From: Octopus sinensis
Taxonomy: Eukaryota
Direction of reading: 5' to 3'
Length of the DNA: 64,000 nucleotides
NCBI RefSeq assembly: GCF_006345805.1
Contig: NC_043003.1
Coordinates: forward strand, 47,740,001-47,804,000
Part shown: one piece after another, positions 1-64,000 of the stretch
Numbering within the stretch: the first letter of the stretch is position 1
How the letters are laid out: each line of letters opens with the position of its first letter
The notes under the pieces: generated by a model
Seen by the model: only the letters and a program-made list of their open reading frames with translations
The model's database searches: none
What the model was told of the DNA's origin: nothing
Translations under genes and position numbers: made by a program

Positions 1-350
1 GGAAAACCTGGGTCGAGGCAGTGAAGCACGACCTTCGAACTTTATGTCTCACCAAGGAAATGACCAGTGACCGAGACCTTTGGAGGTATGCTGTGCGTGA
101 GAAAACCCGGCAAGACCAGTGAGAACAGTCAAAATCAAGATCAAACCAAATTGAGGTCGATCAACATCAGGGCCCCCGTGCAGGTGACACGTAAAAGTAC
201 CATCCGTTCGTAGCCGTTTGCCAGCCCTGTCTGGTCCCCGTGTAGGTGGCACGTAAAAGCACCATCCGTTCGTGTTCATTGCCAGCCTGGCCTGGCCTGG
301 CCCCCGTGCCGGTGACACGTAAAAGCACCATCCGTGACACGTAAAAGCAC
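1..350 (+). mobile_element. RTE LINE 3' fragment (end of ORF2 plus ~60-bp 3'UTR modules)
   Basis: 1-125 matches the ORF2 end at 2095-2217; 170-350 carries GGTGGCACGTAAAAGCACC modules. Confidence 0.85.
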
Positions 351-390
351 ATACATATATATAAATATGCATATATACATACATATACAT

Positions 391-2890
391 ACATACATAG
401 GAGAGAAATGTGTTCGCATGGAGGATGGTTCACTTGCGCTAAATGAGGATGCAAAGAGAGAAGCTTGGAGACGCCACTATGAAAGGTTACTGAATGAGGA
501 AAATGAATGGGATAAAGAGAGTCTGCCGAATGTTGACCCTACAGAGGGACCAGCTATCCGAGTTGATAGTTCCGTGGTAGCTAAGGCAATTAGAAGCATG
601 AAGACAGGGAAAGCCCCAGGCCCATCAGGAATTACTGCAGAGATGCTCAAAATATCTGGCAGTGTCGGCTATAACCTAGTCACCCGTATAGTCAACCAGG
701 TGATACACGAAGGAGTCATACCCAATGACTGGTGCAGCAGCATACTAGTCAACTGCTACAAAGGTAAAGGTGATGCCCTAGATACAAATAATTACAGAGG
801 TATCAAGCTGTTGGATCAAGTAATGAAGGTTACGGAGAGGGTCATAGCCCAACTAATTAGAGAGAGAGTTAGTTTAGATGAGATGCAGTTTGGGTTCGTG
901 CCAGGAAAAAGTACCACTGATGCTATATTCCTGGTAAGGCAGCTGCAGGAGAAATACCTAGCCAAAGATAAGCCCCTGTACCTGGCTTTCGTTGACATGG
1001 AGAAAGCTTTTGATAGGGTCCCCCGATCCCTTATCTGGTGGTCAATGAGGAAACTAGGGATAGATGAATGGCTGGTGAGGACTGTGCAAGCCATGTACAG
1101 AGATGCCGTAAGTAAGGTTAGGGTTGGCAACACGTACACAGAAGAATTCAAAGTAGAGGTTGGGGTCCACCAGGGTTCAGTACTCAGCCCCCTCCTATTT
1201 ATCATAGTACTCCAGGCAATTACGGAGGAATTCAAGACAGGCTGTCCCTGGGAGCTCCTCTACGCTGACGACCTTGCTCTTATTGCTGAGTCACTATCAG
1301 AACTGGAGGAGAAGTTCCAGGTGTGGAAGGAGGGTTTAGAATCAAGGGGCCTTAGAGTCAACCTAGCTAAAACCAAAGTACTAATAAGTAGAAAGGTAGA
1401 CAATCCACAAATATCTTCAGGAAGATGGCCCTGCTCGATCTGTAGAAAAGGTGTAGGTAGAAACTCTATAAGATGTACCCAGTGTAAGCTATGGACACAT
1501 AAGAGGTGCAGCAATGTCAAAGGTAGGCTAACTGGGAAGATAGTTTTTGTATGTGGCAGATGCTCGGGAGCATTAACCTCCGAAAATCTGCAGAAAACAA
1601 CTTCCGTCACTTTCCAGGGGGAAAAACTAGAAGTAGTTGATAGCTTCCGTTATCTAGGTGACCAAGTCAGTAGTGGGGGTGGGTGCGCTGAAAGTGTAAC
1701 TGCTAGAATAAGAATAGCCTGGGCAAAGTTTAGGGAGCTCTTACCTCTGCTGGTGACTAAAGGCCTCTCGCTCAGAGTAAAAGGCAGACTGTATGATGCG
1801 TGTGTACGAACAGCCATGCTACATGGCAGCGAAACATGGGCTGTGACTGCTGAGGACATGCGTAAGCTCGTGAGGAATGAAGCCAGTATGCTCCGATGGA
1901 TGTGTAATGTCAGTGTACATACTCGACAGAGCGTTAGCACCTTGAGAGAAATGTTGTACCTAAGAAGCATCAGTTGTGGTGTGCAAGAGAGACGATTGCG
2001 CTGGTATGGTCATGTGGCGAGAATGGATGAAGATAGGTGTGTGAGAAAGTGCCAATCCCTAGCAGTTGAGGGAACCCGTGGAAGAGGTAGACCCAGGAAA
2101 ACCTGGGACGAGGTGGTGAAGCACGACCTTCGAACTTTAGGCCTCACTGAGGAAATGACCAGAGACCGAGACCTTTGGAAATATTCTGTACGTGAGAAGA
2201 CCAGGCAGGACAAGTGAGCCCAGCCCACTTATGAATGCCTTTCCTCCCTTGGACACAAAGACCGGTTGAGGCAAGCGAAGTCGATATAGAACCTCATCCG
2301 ACGACAGACACCCATCCCAACCCCCCATGCTTGCGAAGACATGTTGGGGCAAGTGAAATCGAAATCGAAATCGAAATCGAAACCGAATTGAACCAGCCAG
2401 GATCCCTGGCCTGGTGGTACGTAAAAAGCACTATCCGACTCGGGGCCGTGGCACGTAAAATACTCCAATGCGACCGTACGACAGGCACCCATGCCAACCC
2501 CCTTTGCTTGTGAAGACATGTTGGGGCAAGCGAAATCGAAATCGAATTGAACCAGCCAGGATCTCTGGTCTGGTGGTACGTAAAAAGCACTATCCGACTC
2601 GTGGCCGATGCCAGCACCGCCTCGACTGGCTTCCGTGCCGGTGGCACATAAAATACACCAATCTGACCGTGGCCGTTGCCAGCCCCGCCTGGCACCTGTG
2701 CAGGTGGCACGTAAAAAGCACCCACTACACTCACGGAGTGGTTGGCGTTAGGAAGGGCATCCAGCTGTAGAAACATTGCCAAATTAGACTGGAGCCTGGT
2801 GCAGCCTTCTGGCTTCCCAGAACCCCGGTCGAACCGTCCAACCCATGCTAGCATGGAGAACGGACGTTTAAACGACGATGATGATGATGA

Positions 2891-2894
<4 letters not shown>
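391..2894 (+). mobile_element. RTE-clade LINE, 5'-truncated, young copy with uninterrupted RT ORF (391-2217), ~660-bp 3'UTR and (GAT)n tail
   Basis: RT motifs FVDMEKAFDRV, GVHQGSVLSPLLF, LLYADD (YADD at 1261-1272), FRYLG and the RTE C-terminus RRLRWYGHVARM...GRGRPRKTW. No endonuclease domain present. Confidence 0.95.
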
Positions 2895-2956
<62 letters not shown>

Positions 2957-2996
2957 GCACATATATATATATATATATATAATATATATATATATA
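2894..2996. repeat. (TA)n microsatellite shared by two RTE tails; representative of dozens of (TA)n, (CA)n, (ATGT)n, (CTT)n and (TAA)n tracts
   Basis: Directly visible. Confidence 0.95.
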
Positions 2997-3185
2997 TCAT
3001 CATCATCATCATTGTTTAACGTCCGCTTTCCATGCTAGCATGGGTTGGACGGTTCAATTGGGGTCTGGGAAGCCCAAAGGCTGCACGAGGCCAGTCAGAT
3101 CTGGCAGAGTTTCTACAGCTGGATGCCCTTCCTAACGCCAACCACTCCGTGAGTGTAGTGGGTGCTTTTTATGTACCACCGACAC
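2996..3185 (-). mobile_element. RTE 3' terminal fragment (~190 bp), tail-to-tail with the preceding copy
   Basis: Reverse complement of ~2700-2890, including CCATGCTAGCATGG and (GAT)n. Confidence 0.9.
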
Positions 3186-4329
3186 ATATATATATATATA
3201 TATACACATACACACACACACACACACACAGATATATATATATACATATACATATTACATTCTTAAGAATCCATTAAAAATTAGCCCCAATCACAGCTAT
3301 AACCCATAAAGTGCCAACTTTAAGTCATACAACACCTCACTACTTCCACTCATTCATATTCTCCCTTCTTCTTCTTCTTCTTCTCTTCTTCTTCTTCTTC
3401 TTCTTCTTCTTCTTCTTCTTCTTCTTCTTCTTCTTCTTCTTCTTCTTCTCCCTCCCCCCTTCTACTTCCTAACTTTATCACTAATGCTTTTCAGTATAAC
3501 ACCTACACAAATTCTATAAACAAACCTTTCAATAGAAATATCCTCCACTCCCAAATTCTTCCTCCCCTTCTCCTCCTCCTCCTTCTTCTTCTTCCTTACC
3601 AAGAATTCACAAAGACCTTGAACCCACAAGTGTAAACAAGAGAGACAGAGAAAGGCAGAAACAAGAAAATGCCACTTATATTTGAACACTATACAAATAT
3701 TCTTTTAAAAAAACTTTTCTTTTAATTTTTCTAAATTTAATTATTTAATTGTTCTGAAACCGGTACTGAAATGTTCTTTATAAAATTATTTTAGCATTTT
3801 CTATCTTGACTTGTTTTTTCATATTCATATATATATACACATATACATAGATATATATACATATTGAGCCTGGGGCAGCCTTCTGGTTCACCAGTCTTCA
3901 GTCAAACCTTCCAACCCATACCAGCAAGAAAGCAGATGTTAAGCGATGATGATGATGAGGAGGATGAGGATGATAGTATTTCTCCTACAGGGGCTTTGCG
4001 GAGAAATACTTCCCTGAGGAAAGGCACCAATCGTCTCCAAAGAAAATATATACAAATGCAATGCACTCTTCAGAATTTATGCACAAAGTAGCAGCTGAGC
4101 AAGTCTTTTTTTGTGCATGGCACAAAAGATTGTGCAGCAGCTGTCCTGGCTACATCAAGAACAAACAAGGAACATTGCCCACCACTGTGCAAGATAACCA
4201 CAATCAACAGACATGGGATGGCTTCCCCTAATGCCTACACAGTTGTCACGCCAATATTTTTATTAAAATTTTGGGGGCCTGTTGCATTGCAACAACAAAA
4301 GCAAACTTTTTCCTGAAAGACTTTGCTGC

Positions 4330-6925
4330 ATGCTATCAAGCCCTATGCATTGCACTTATGGAAACTCATCTGAGTCCTGAGGATGCAGAAGTACACATAT
4401 CAAAATATACAATACTGTGAACAGACAGAAAGGAAAGGAGCCATGGTGGAGTTGTTGTTTATATCCATGAAGACCTCACACCCTATGTCTTACTGTCATA
4501 CTGAAATTCAGTCTGTGACTCTCTAATTGTATACATAAGACAATACAATATAGTCATATGCAATACATATCGCCCACCAGATGCTCCAAACTACAGGCAA
4601 GTTTGAAGATTGCCTCACAAGAATTAAAGCAATCCTCATGAAATTGGAACACTATGTGAGCGTATTTCTTATGGGTGAATTCAACTTTCCAATGTCAAAT
4701 GGCCCGAAGACCTCATACTCTCAGGAATGACTCATTGCAAACAAGCACATATTGAGTCCCTGTTCAACTTCACTAATGCCCTATTCATGGAGCAGGTTGT
4801 GCTCAGACCAACTAGAGTGAAAAATATTTTGTTATCTCTGCTTCACAATCAATATGGACATCATTCATGATGTGAAAGTGATGTTGACATTAGTTTCAGA
4901 TTACAACATAATAAAGCTATCTATGTATGGGCTAAAAGTAGCCAGAGACATACATCCTAAAGAAAGCACCCAAAATCTCTCCAATCTGAACTTCCACAAA
5001 GCAGACTGGAAATCAATCCAAAAAGAGATCCTCAGTCAGGACTGGCTGAAATGTCTCCACACCAGATATTGACATGAAACTAGAATATTTCATGTTTGTT
5101 ATGTAAACTATATGCCAGAAATATGTTCCAGAGAATAAGGCCAACACAAAAAGGGACAAGATTCCAAGGGAGAGAGAGATTCTCATGAGAGAACAGACGA
5201 AGGTTGCAAATTGTTTCAACCAACATTCCAAAAGTAATGAAAGGTCCCGCCTAAAAACAACACTGATGGAGATTGAAAAAAGCCTGCAACAATCCTTTGG
5301 GAAGGAGAGAGCAGACAAAGAAGCCAGGGTTATAAAAAAATATTCAATCAAACCCAAAGGCCTTCTTTCATTATGCCAAAGAAACAGCCTCAGTACACTG
5401 CAAAATAGGACCCTTCTTCCAAAAGGATGGCTCTCTCACAGATAGTCCAGATCAAAAGTGTCTTTACCACCCCATTGAAACACAGACAAGTGAATGAATC
5501 AGTGGATTTCTTTGCCACTTCACTTGTAAACAGCAAGGTAATTACAATGGATTACACCAATATTTGCGAAGAAGATATACTACTAGCCATGAGGTGGACA
5601 CAAACTCAATTGAGGGTTTCTCCTCAAATCACATAAACATGCCCTAGCGAAACCACTACAGATTCTCTTCCAGAGCTTTCTTGCAAATGGCAGGCTGCCA
5701 TGCAAACTGAAGGAGGGAATAATATGCCCAATCCATAAAGGAGGAAGTAGAACAGATGCTAAAAAACTATAGGCCTATCTCTGACTTAACACATCAGCAA
5801 AGTCAGGAACGGCTAGTCAGAGGAAAACTAATTGCATTCCTTGAAGAAAATGACTTGCTGAGTGATACCCAGATGGCTTTCGACCAGGTAGGAGCTGCCT
5901 GACCCAGCTCTTACAGCACTATGACTGGGTATTGAGGCAGTTACTCAACAACTCAAATGTGGATGTTATATACCTTGACTTTGCAAAAGCTTTAGACAAA
6001 GTGGATCACGGTATGATATACCACAAGCTGTATGATCTCGGTATAGCTGGAGAACTTGGAGAGTGGTTAGATGACTTTCTGAAAGATAGAAGTCAGGTAG
6101 TAGTGGAGCCACCTCAATGGGAACACAAATAGTAAGCAGTGTTCCACAGGGCACTGTCTTGGGACCACTACTTTTCAGAGTAGTCCTCACAGATATGCCC
6201 TCAACTGCCCAGATAGACACTCTTGCTAGCTGTGCAGCTGATACGAAAGTCTTGCAGAAAATACAGAACCCCAGTGATGTTGCACACCTGCAGCAGGTTT
6301 TGGACTCAATTTACAGATGGGCTGAGGATAATTATATGCAGTTTAATGCTGAAAAATGCCAAGCCCTATGCTACCAGTGTCCAAAACTGAATGTAAAACT
6401 TACAGGGTACACTGGTCTACAGAGGATTACAATCACAGAGCCTAAATCAGTGTGGGACCTGGGTATCGACATGAGTGATGATACCTCTTTCCAAGTGCCC
6501 ATTACCTGGATAGCGACAAAATGCAGATGACTGGCTGGCTGGATCCAGGGAGAAGGAAACCATGATGATCCTCTGGAGAACATTCGTCCTCAGCTGCCTG
6601 GATTACTGCTTCCAGCTATGTTCACCCAACAGTGTAAAATTAACAGCAGACCTTGAAGCAATCCAGTAAAGCATCCCCATTGCCAGAGCGGATTGACACA
6701 GCATGGTGCCAAAGATCCCAGCAATGCCATTGCACTTCACGACTTGTTGCTGCAACAACCTGGGTTTCAGGGGCCCACAGTTTTTTAATATTCTCCCAAA
6801 GAGCCTGAAGAACCTACACAAAATGAATGTAGGTGTTTTCAAATAAAAACTGGACCTCTTCCTGTCAAGAGTCCCAGATGAACCTACCTCACGGCAAGAG
6901 GTGCAAATGAGGGTAGCGACATCAA
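4330..6925 (+). mobile_element. Degenerate CR1/L2-like LINE ORF2 (APE endonuclease plus RT), many stops and frameshifts
   Basis: METHLS...TDRKERSHGGVVVYI (APE), VDVIYLDFAKALDKVDHG, VPQGTVLGPLLF, AADTKV, WAEDNYMQFNAEKC in broken frames. Confidence 0.85.
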
Positions 6926-6934
6926 ACTCCCTGT

Positions 6935-7352
6935 ATGGAAGAAATAGATCCTGGATTATATGGGATGAAGTGATGAGAAAGGATCTTCAGATGTCAGGCC
7001 TGTTAGAGGGTGTGATATGGGACCAAGGCTCCTGGCAGTTTGCTGTGCATGAGAAGACATGTAAAGTTAAGTAAATACATGGTTGTACTTGCATACAGAC
7101 ATGTCTCTTTCATCCCTCTTCAGCTAAGCTTTCCTAATCTTGCACCCATGCTGGTGTTGTGTAAAAGCATCTGTGCTAGTGTAAAAGCCACGTAAAAGCA
7201 CCCAGTACACTCTGCAAAGTGGTTGGTGTCAGGAAGGATATCTAGACTAAGAAACCATGCCAAAACAGATATGGAATGTGGGCAGCTCACCAACTGACCA
7301 GATTCTGTCAAACCATCTCACCCATGCCAGCAATAGATGTTAAATGATGATG
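6935..7352 (+). mobile_element. Old RTE 3' fragment
   Basis: Diverged match to the ORF2 end and terminal tail (ccatgccagc...gatgatgatgac). Confidence 0.6.
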
Positions 7353-7492
7353 ACGTGGTAAACCTTCCTCTCTGTACTTCCCTCATTCCTTTTTATCTAC
7401 CTATCAACCTATCAACCTACCTACTTACCTACGTACCTACTTACCTACCTACCTACCTACATACCTACCTACCTACCTACCTCCCTACCTCC

Positions 7493-7536
<44 letters not shown>

Positions 7537-8392
7537 TTATCTATCTACATACACACACACACACACAAATATACATGTATATGTAAAGATACACACACAC
7601 ACATACAGGTATATCTATATGTGAGTGTGTATGTGTGTAGGGTAGGTATATAATCATGTAAGCAGACCATTGGCCTATCTACTTGCTTATTTCTACCCGC
7701 CTCTGTACCTCAATCATTGTAGACTATGGCAAACAATCTTCAAACTGAACAAAGGCCACTCCTTTTTTCAACACCTCTCTCTTTCTCTCTCCCTCTCCCC
7801 TCTCTTTCTCTCTGTCTTTCTAGTTTTTGATCTCACTCTCTCTCTCTGAATGTGAATCTTCCTCTCTCTAAATCTAACTTACTCTCCATTTAAAAAAATT
7901 ATTCTCTTATTATTTCTCATTCCTTCTCTTTGTCTTAGTGTTATCTCTTGTTGCCTATCTCCACCACTGCCACTACAATCACCATCTCCACCATTATCAC
8001 CACTATCACAGCAACAACAGGAGCAGCAACAGGTCACCAAGAGAATTATCTAAAGTAAATGGAAGAAGAAAGAATGAGAAAAAAAGTCTAAAGAAGAACA
8101 AACAGAAACTCCAAAAAGAAAAAGAAAAGATGCAAAACAATTACAACATTAATGGATAACAATAACAACAACACTAACTAATTAATACATTAATGACACT
8201 AGCAATAACATTAATATATAACAATAGAAACTACACTAATAGTACTTTAACAAAATAGACAAAAATTTAAAAAGTAAAACTAAATTGTATGCTTTAAAGA
8301 ATTTTAATTTTAATATTTTTTTATTTACCATTTTTCTAGTTTTTGTTAAACTTATTTAGTACATCAGTTTGTGTAGAAATAGGGGTAATAAA

Positions 8393-59577
<51,185 letters not shown>

Positions 59578-60279
59578 GTAAGTTCTACAAATACTACTTG
59601 CTGGGAGTAATCCTTACTATGGCTAATGCTTTTAATTTTAAGCTAATTATAATATTTATCCTCCTCTACACTACCTGCTTACTTGTTCCTCTAATACTAT
59701 GCTAACATACTTCCTATTCTCCTCTACTTCTTCCATAAAAACACATGATGGTTAGAATGTTGGACTCATCATCATTAGATCACAGGTTCTATTCTTGAAA
59801 GAGGTAGCACATTGTGTCTTTCAGCAAGGCATTCCATTTCACATTGCTCCAGTTACACCCAACTGAATATGAGTACCAGTGGTACTTGGAGGTTAACTCT
59901 ATAACAGATTAGCATCCCATCAAAGATGTAATGTATTCTCAGACTAAATACCTTGAAAATTCAGATAATTTCCAGCATCATGAGTCTGGAAGCAGACTTT
60001 GCTTCCGTTTCCACCTTCTCTTCCCTTATTTGTTTCTTCCTCTGACTCCTTCTCCTAATCCATTTCTTCACCTTCCCCTTTAGTTCAAGATTATAACTTC
60101 TATAACTCTACTGTCGATACAAGAAGCTACTACTTCTACTACTACTACATTAACAATGACGACGACAACCATGATGACAACAACAATGATGACAATTATA
60201 AGAATGGTAATCACCACCATTGCCGCTGATACCATCACAACCACAACCACAACCACCACCATCACCACCGCTCCTGCTG

Positions 60280-60327
<48 letters not shown>

Positions 60328-60523
60328 ACACCTCACAAATATTGAAAGAATAATGTCTTTCTATTTTGGTATATTTATGAACATGCTTAGTCTTGATGTG
60401 CAGATATGTTTGGTGGTTGAAAATTCAAAGGAAATATGTGATCAATAAGTGAGTTGCATAGGCAAGCCATATACTGTTTTGTCTAAATACATAAGTGCAT
60501 GTACATACACACATACACGCACG

Positions 60524-60592
<69 letters not shown>

Positions 60593-61424
60593 CATATATC
60601 ATTGTCATCTTTTTAAGAGCCACTTTTCCAAGCTTGCATAGGTCACCACAGGTTCTCTACAGCCAGATGCCCTTCCTGTTGCCAACCCCCATCTGTCTCC
60701 AAGAACGGTAATACTTCCCCATGGTCGGGCATGTTTTCACAATAGATTAGAAACAGAGGACTCTGCTTGTATGATGGTGATCATTTGCAAATATCATATG
60801 ATGTCAAGACGCAAACACACTCTTGCGCACACAAACTCTCACTCACACAAACACGTGCACGCGCGCACACTCACACACATTCTCTCTCTCTCTCACACAC
60901 ACACACGGCACATATCTTTCAGTTTCTGCTAACCAGATCCACTCAAGATTTTAGTCAGCTTGGAAGGAACTGTAGAAGACAGTTACCCAAGTTACTACAC
61001 AGCAGGACTGAATCCTAAACTATGTGGTTGGAAAGTAAATTTCTTAACTGCATAGCCATGCCTGCACTTTTGCATTTTCATACATCATCTTATGGTGCAC
61101 CTGTATACTTCATCAGAGATGTTTTGCATGTTTTCACAATCAGGACCCTCACTGAGGCAATCTAAGAATTGATCAAGTCCTAGGTTGTGTCCAGTTAGCA
61201 AAATGATCTTTGCAGTAGGACTAAGTATGTTTATATACAACCAATGCTGATGTGTTTATGTCCCATAACTTAGTGGTTCGGCAAAAGACACTGATAGAAT
61301 AAGTAATAGGCTTACAAAGAATAAGTCCTGGGGTCGATTTCTTCAACTAGAACCCTTTAAGACGATGCCTCAGCATGTCTGCAGTCAAATGACTGAAACA
61401 AGTAAAAGATTAAAAGAATATAAA

Positions 61425-62291
61425 CATGGTTTGCTCAATAAGTATCTGAACTGTTGCCATAGTAATGAAGCTAAAGCATGCAGATTAAAGTTGCTTAGCA
61501 CAGTTTGACCTTGAACTCCACTATGCATGTGCATTAAGTTTTAACGTTCTAGCTCACTTCCACTGTTTACAGCAGTGCTTGGAAGGAAGGTGTGTAGCAT
61601 GTGATTGTCACATGACAGAAAGCTGAGCAGAGAATCTGCATCAAATTTTGCCAAAATCTTGGTGATACTTGCTCAGAGGCCTATGCAAAGTTTTCAAAAA
61701 GTTTTCATTGTTCTCGACACAACCAAGGAGATCTTGTGCAACTAAAACCCGAGTGTCATTTTGGTCAGCTGAAAGCAGTTTTGGCAGAAACATATCTCAT
61801 ACCCAAATCTTCAGTAACAATGGACTAAATGGAACTGTAACTAATCTGCTCATCCTCTGATAACTCACGGACAATTTTCCCTCACAGTTGCATGCACATC
61901 AGCAATGTTTTTCTCATTTCTGCTGATTGCAGGTCTCTCAGAATGTTCATCAGTATCGATATTTTTTCAGCCATCGTGGAAATGTCTGACTCACTTGTAC
62001 ACCTCTGTGCAGCTCATACACTCTTCTCCATACACTTTCTGCAACTTTGTGTAGGCTTCTGAGCAGGTATAGCCATGACAACTTCCTCTGTCATGGTCAA
62101 TGCAACTATCACACACTACATACTTTCCTTTCAAGCACTGGTGGGAGTGAACAGTGAGAGTGAACTCGAATGTTAAAACTTAGTGCACATGCACAGCAGA
62201 GTCCAAGGTCAATCTTTGCGAAGTGGCTTCAATCTGCATGCTTTAGCTTTGTTACTATGGCAACAGTCTGGATTCTTATTGGTTCAACTTG
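61425..62291. mobile_element. mariner derivative made of two inward-facing 5' ends
   Basis: 61425-61700 (+) encodes EQRICIKFCQNLGDTCSEAY; 61700-62291 (-) carries the same 5' end and HTH region. Confidence 0.75.
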
Positions 62292-62335
62292 TGTGTGTGT
62301 GTATATATATATATATTTCGTTTTATATATACATT

Positions 62336-62367
<32 letters not shown>

Positions 62368-62390
62368 CATATATATATATATAATATATA

Positions 62391-62451
<61 letters not shown>

Positions 62452-62452
<1 letters not shown>

Positions 62453-62568
62453 TTGCCAACCCAGCTGGCAACTGTGCCGGTGGCACGTAAAAAGCACCCA
62501 CTACACTCATGGAGTGGTTGGCGTTAGGAAGGGCATCCAGCCATAGAAACGTTGCCAGATCAGACTGG
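62452..62568 (+). mobile_element. RTE tail fragment truncated by the following IR-bounded unit
   Basis: GTGCCGGTGGCACGTAAAAAGCACCCACTAC...CAGACTGG, then the match stops. Confidence 0.8.
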
Positions 62569-62940
62569 GCCTTTAAAGGTAAAATTTATACATAATTTAC
62601 AAGATAAGGGCAGAAGAAAAATTCTAATTCTTTTTTCTATTTGGATATATTTGGGGTACTTAAGTCTGCTCGGGACTTGGTGCTTGCTTCTTCCATGGGT
62701 ATGAATAAGTATTTCATTTATATCTCGTGTATGTGCCGCTGAAGAGGGGAAAATTTCTTGTGAATTAACCCCGAAATTGGACCAATATGGTAATAACGAA
62801 TTTTTTAGAGATTTCTATCGGTTTGTTTCGAGACGCATAAATTTAATGGTTATCAACAATATTTTGTTTCGGCGTATCTGGCATTAGAATTTTTCTTCTG
62901 CCTATCTTGTAAATTATGTATAAATTTTACCTTTAAAGGC
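62569..62940. mobile_element. ~370-bp unit with ~58-bp terminal inverted repeats carrying a hammerhead motif (probably Penelope-derived)
   Basis: 62569-62628 is the reverse complement of 62884-62940 (GCCTTTAAAGGTAAAATTTATACATAATTTACAAGATA..GCAGAAGAAAAATTCTAAT). Confidence 0.75.
62734..62792 (+). ncRNA. Type I hammerhead ribozyme motif with intact catalytic core; predicted cleavage after 62787 (AUA)
   Basis: TGCCG-CTGAAGA-GGGG...CCCC-GAAA-TTGG-A-CCAA-TA-TGGTA. All conserved core positions are present, and stems I-III pair. Confidence 0.78.
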
Positions 62941-63033
62941 ATTTTTTGATATGCTGGCCATTGATAAAATTTTTTTTCCGAAAAAAATTTTATCCTATAT
63001 CAATTATATATATGTATATATATATATATATAT

Positions 63034-64000
<967 letters not shown>

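Noticed and set aside
334-390. First 19 residues of the 627-aa ORF as a real N-terminus
   Set aside because: They translate the TA/CA microsatellite flank. The element is 5'-truncated at ~391 and lacks the endonuclease, so it is not an autonomous LINE.
816-1970. Antisense ORFs within the RTE (816-1235, 1260-1610, 1650-1970)
   Set aside because: They are shadow frames of the RT ORF with no recognisable motifs, and they are broken in other copies.
61060-61116. Additional hammerhead-like CTGATGA/CTGACGA hits (61110 minus, 8986 plus, 52857 minus, 63245 minus)
   Set aside because: None has a correctly placed GAAA with pairing stems and an NUH site.

Overview
Repeat-rich eukaryotic genomic DNA. 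The microsatellite density, tRNA-derived SINE families and RTE LINEs suggest a coleoid cephalopod such as Octopus (inference). One host gene is supported: five coding exons (8393-8615, 35754-35852, 42281-42366, 45110-45249, 59408-59577, + strand) splice in frame into the N-terminal 239 aa of a POT/PTR2 (SLC15A4-like) proton-coupled peptide transporter that continues beyond the window. The rest is intronic or upstream sequence filled with mobile elements: many RTE LINE copies carrying a PHD finger inside the RT region, CR1-like and R4/Dong-like LINE remnants, a Helitron, mariner/pogo/piggyBac/hAT-like elements, a telomere-repeat foldback element, several SINE families and Penelope-like remnants. 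The main unexplained signal is a set of minimal type I hammerhead ribozyme motifs from three sequence families (five copies, one with an intact core), all in inverted-repeat contexts. One family sits inside a tRNA-headed Pol III SINE-like unit arranged as a ~555-bp spacerless palindrome. All folds and alignments were done by eye, and element boundaries are approximate unless a TSD or splice site is quoted.
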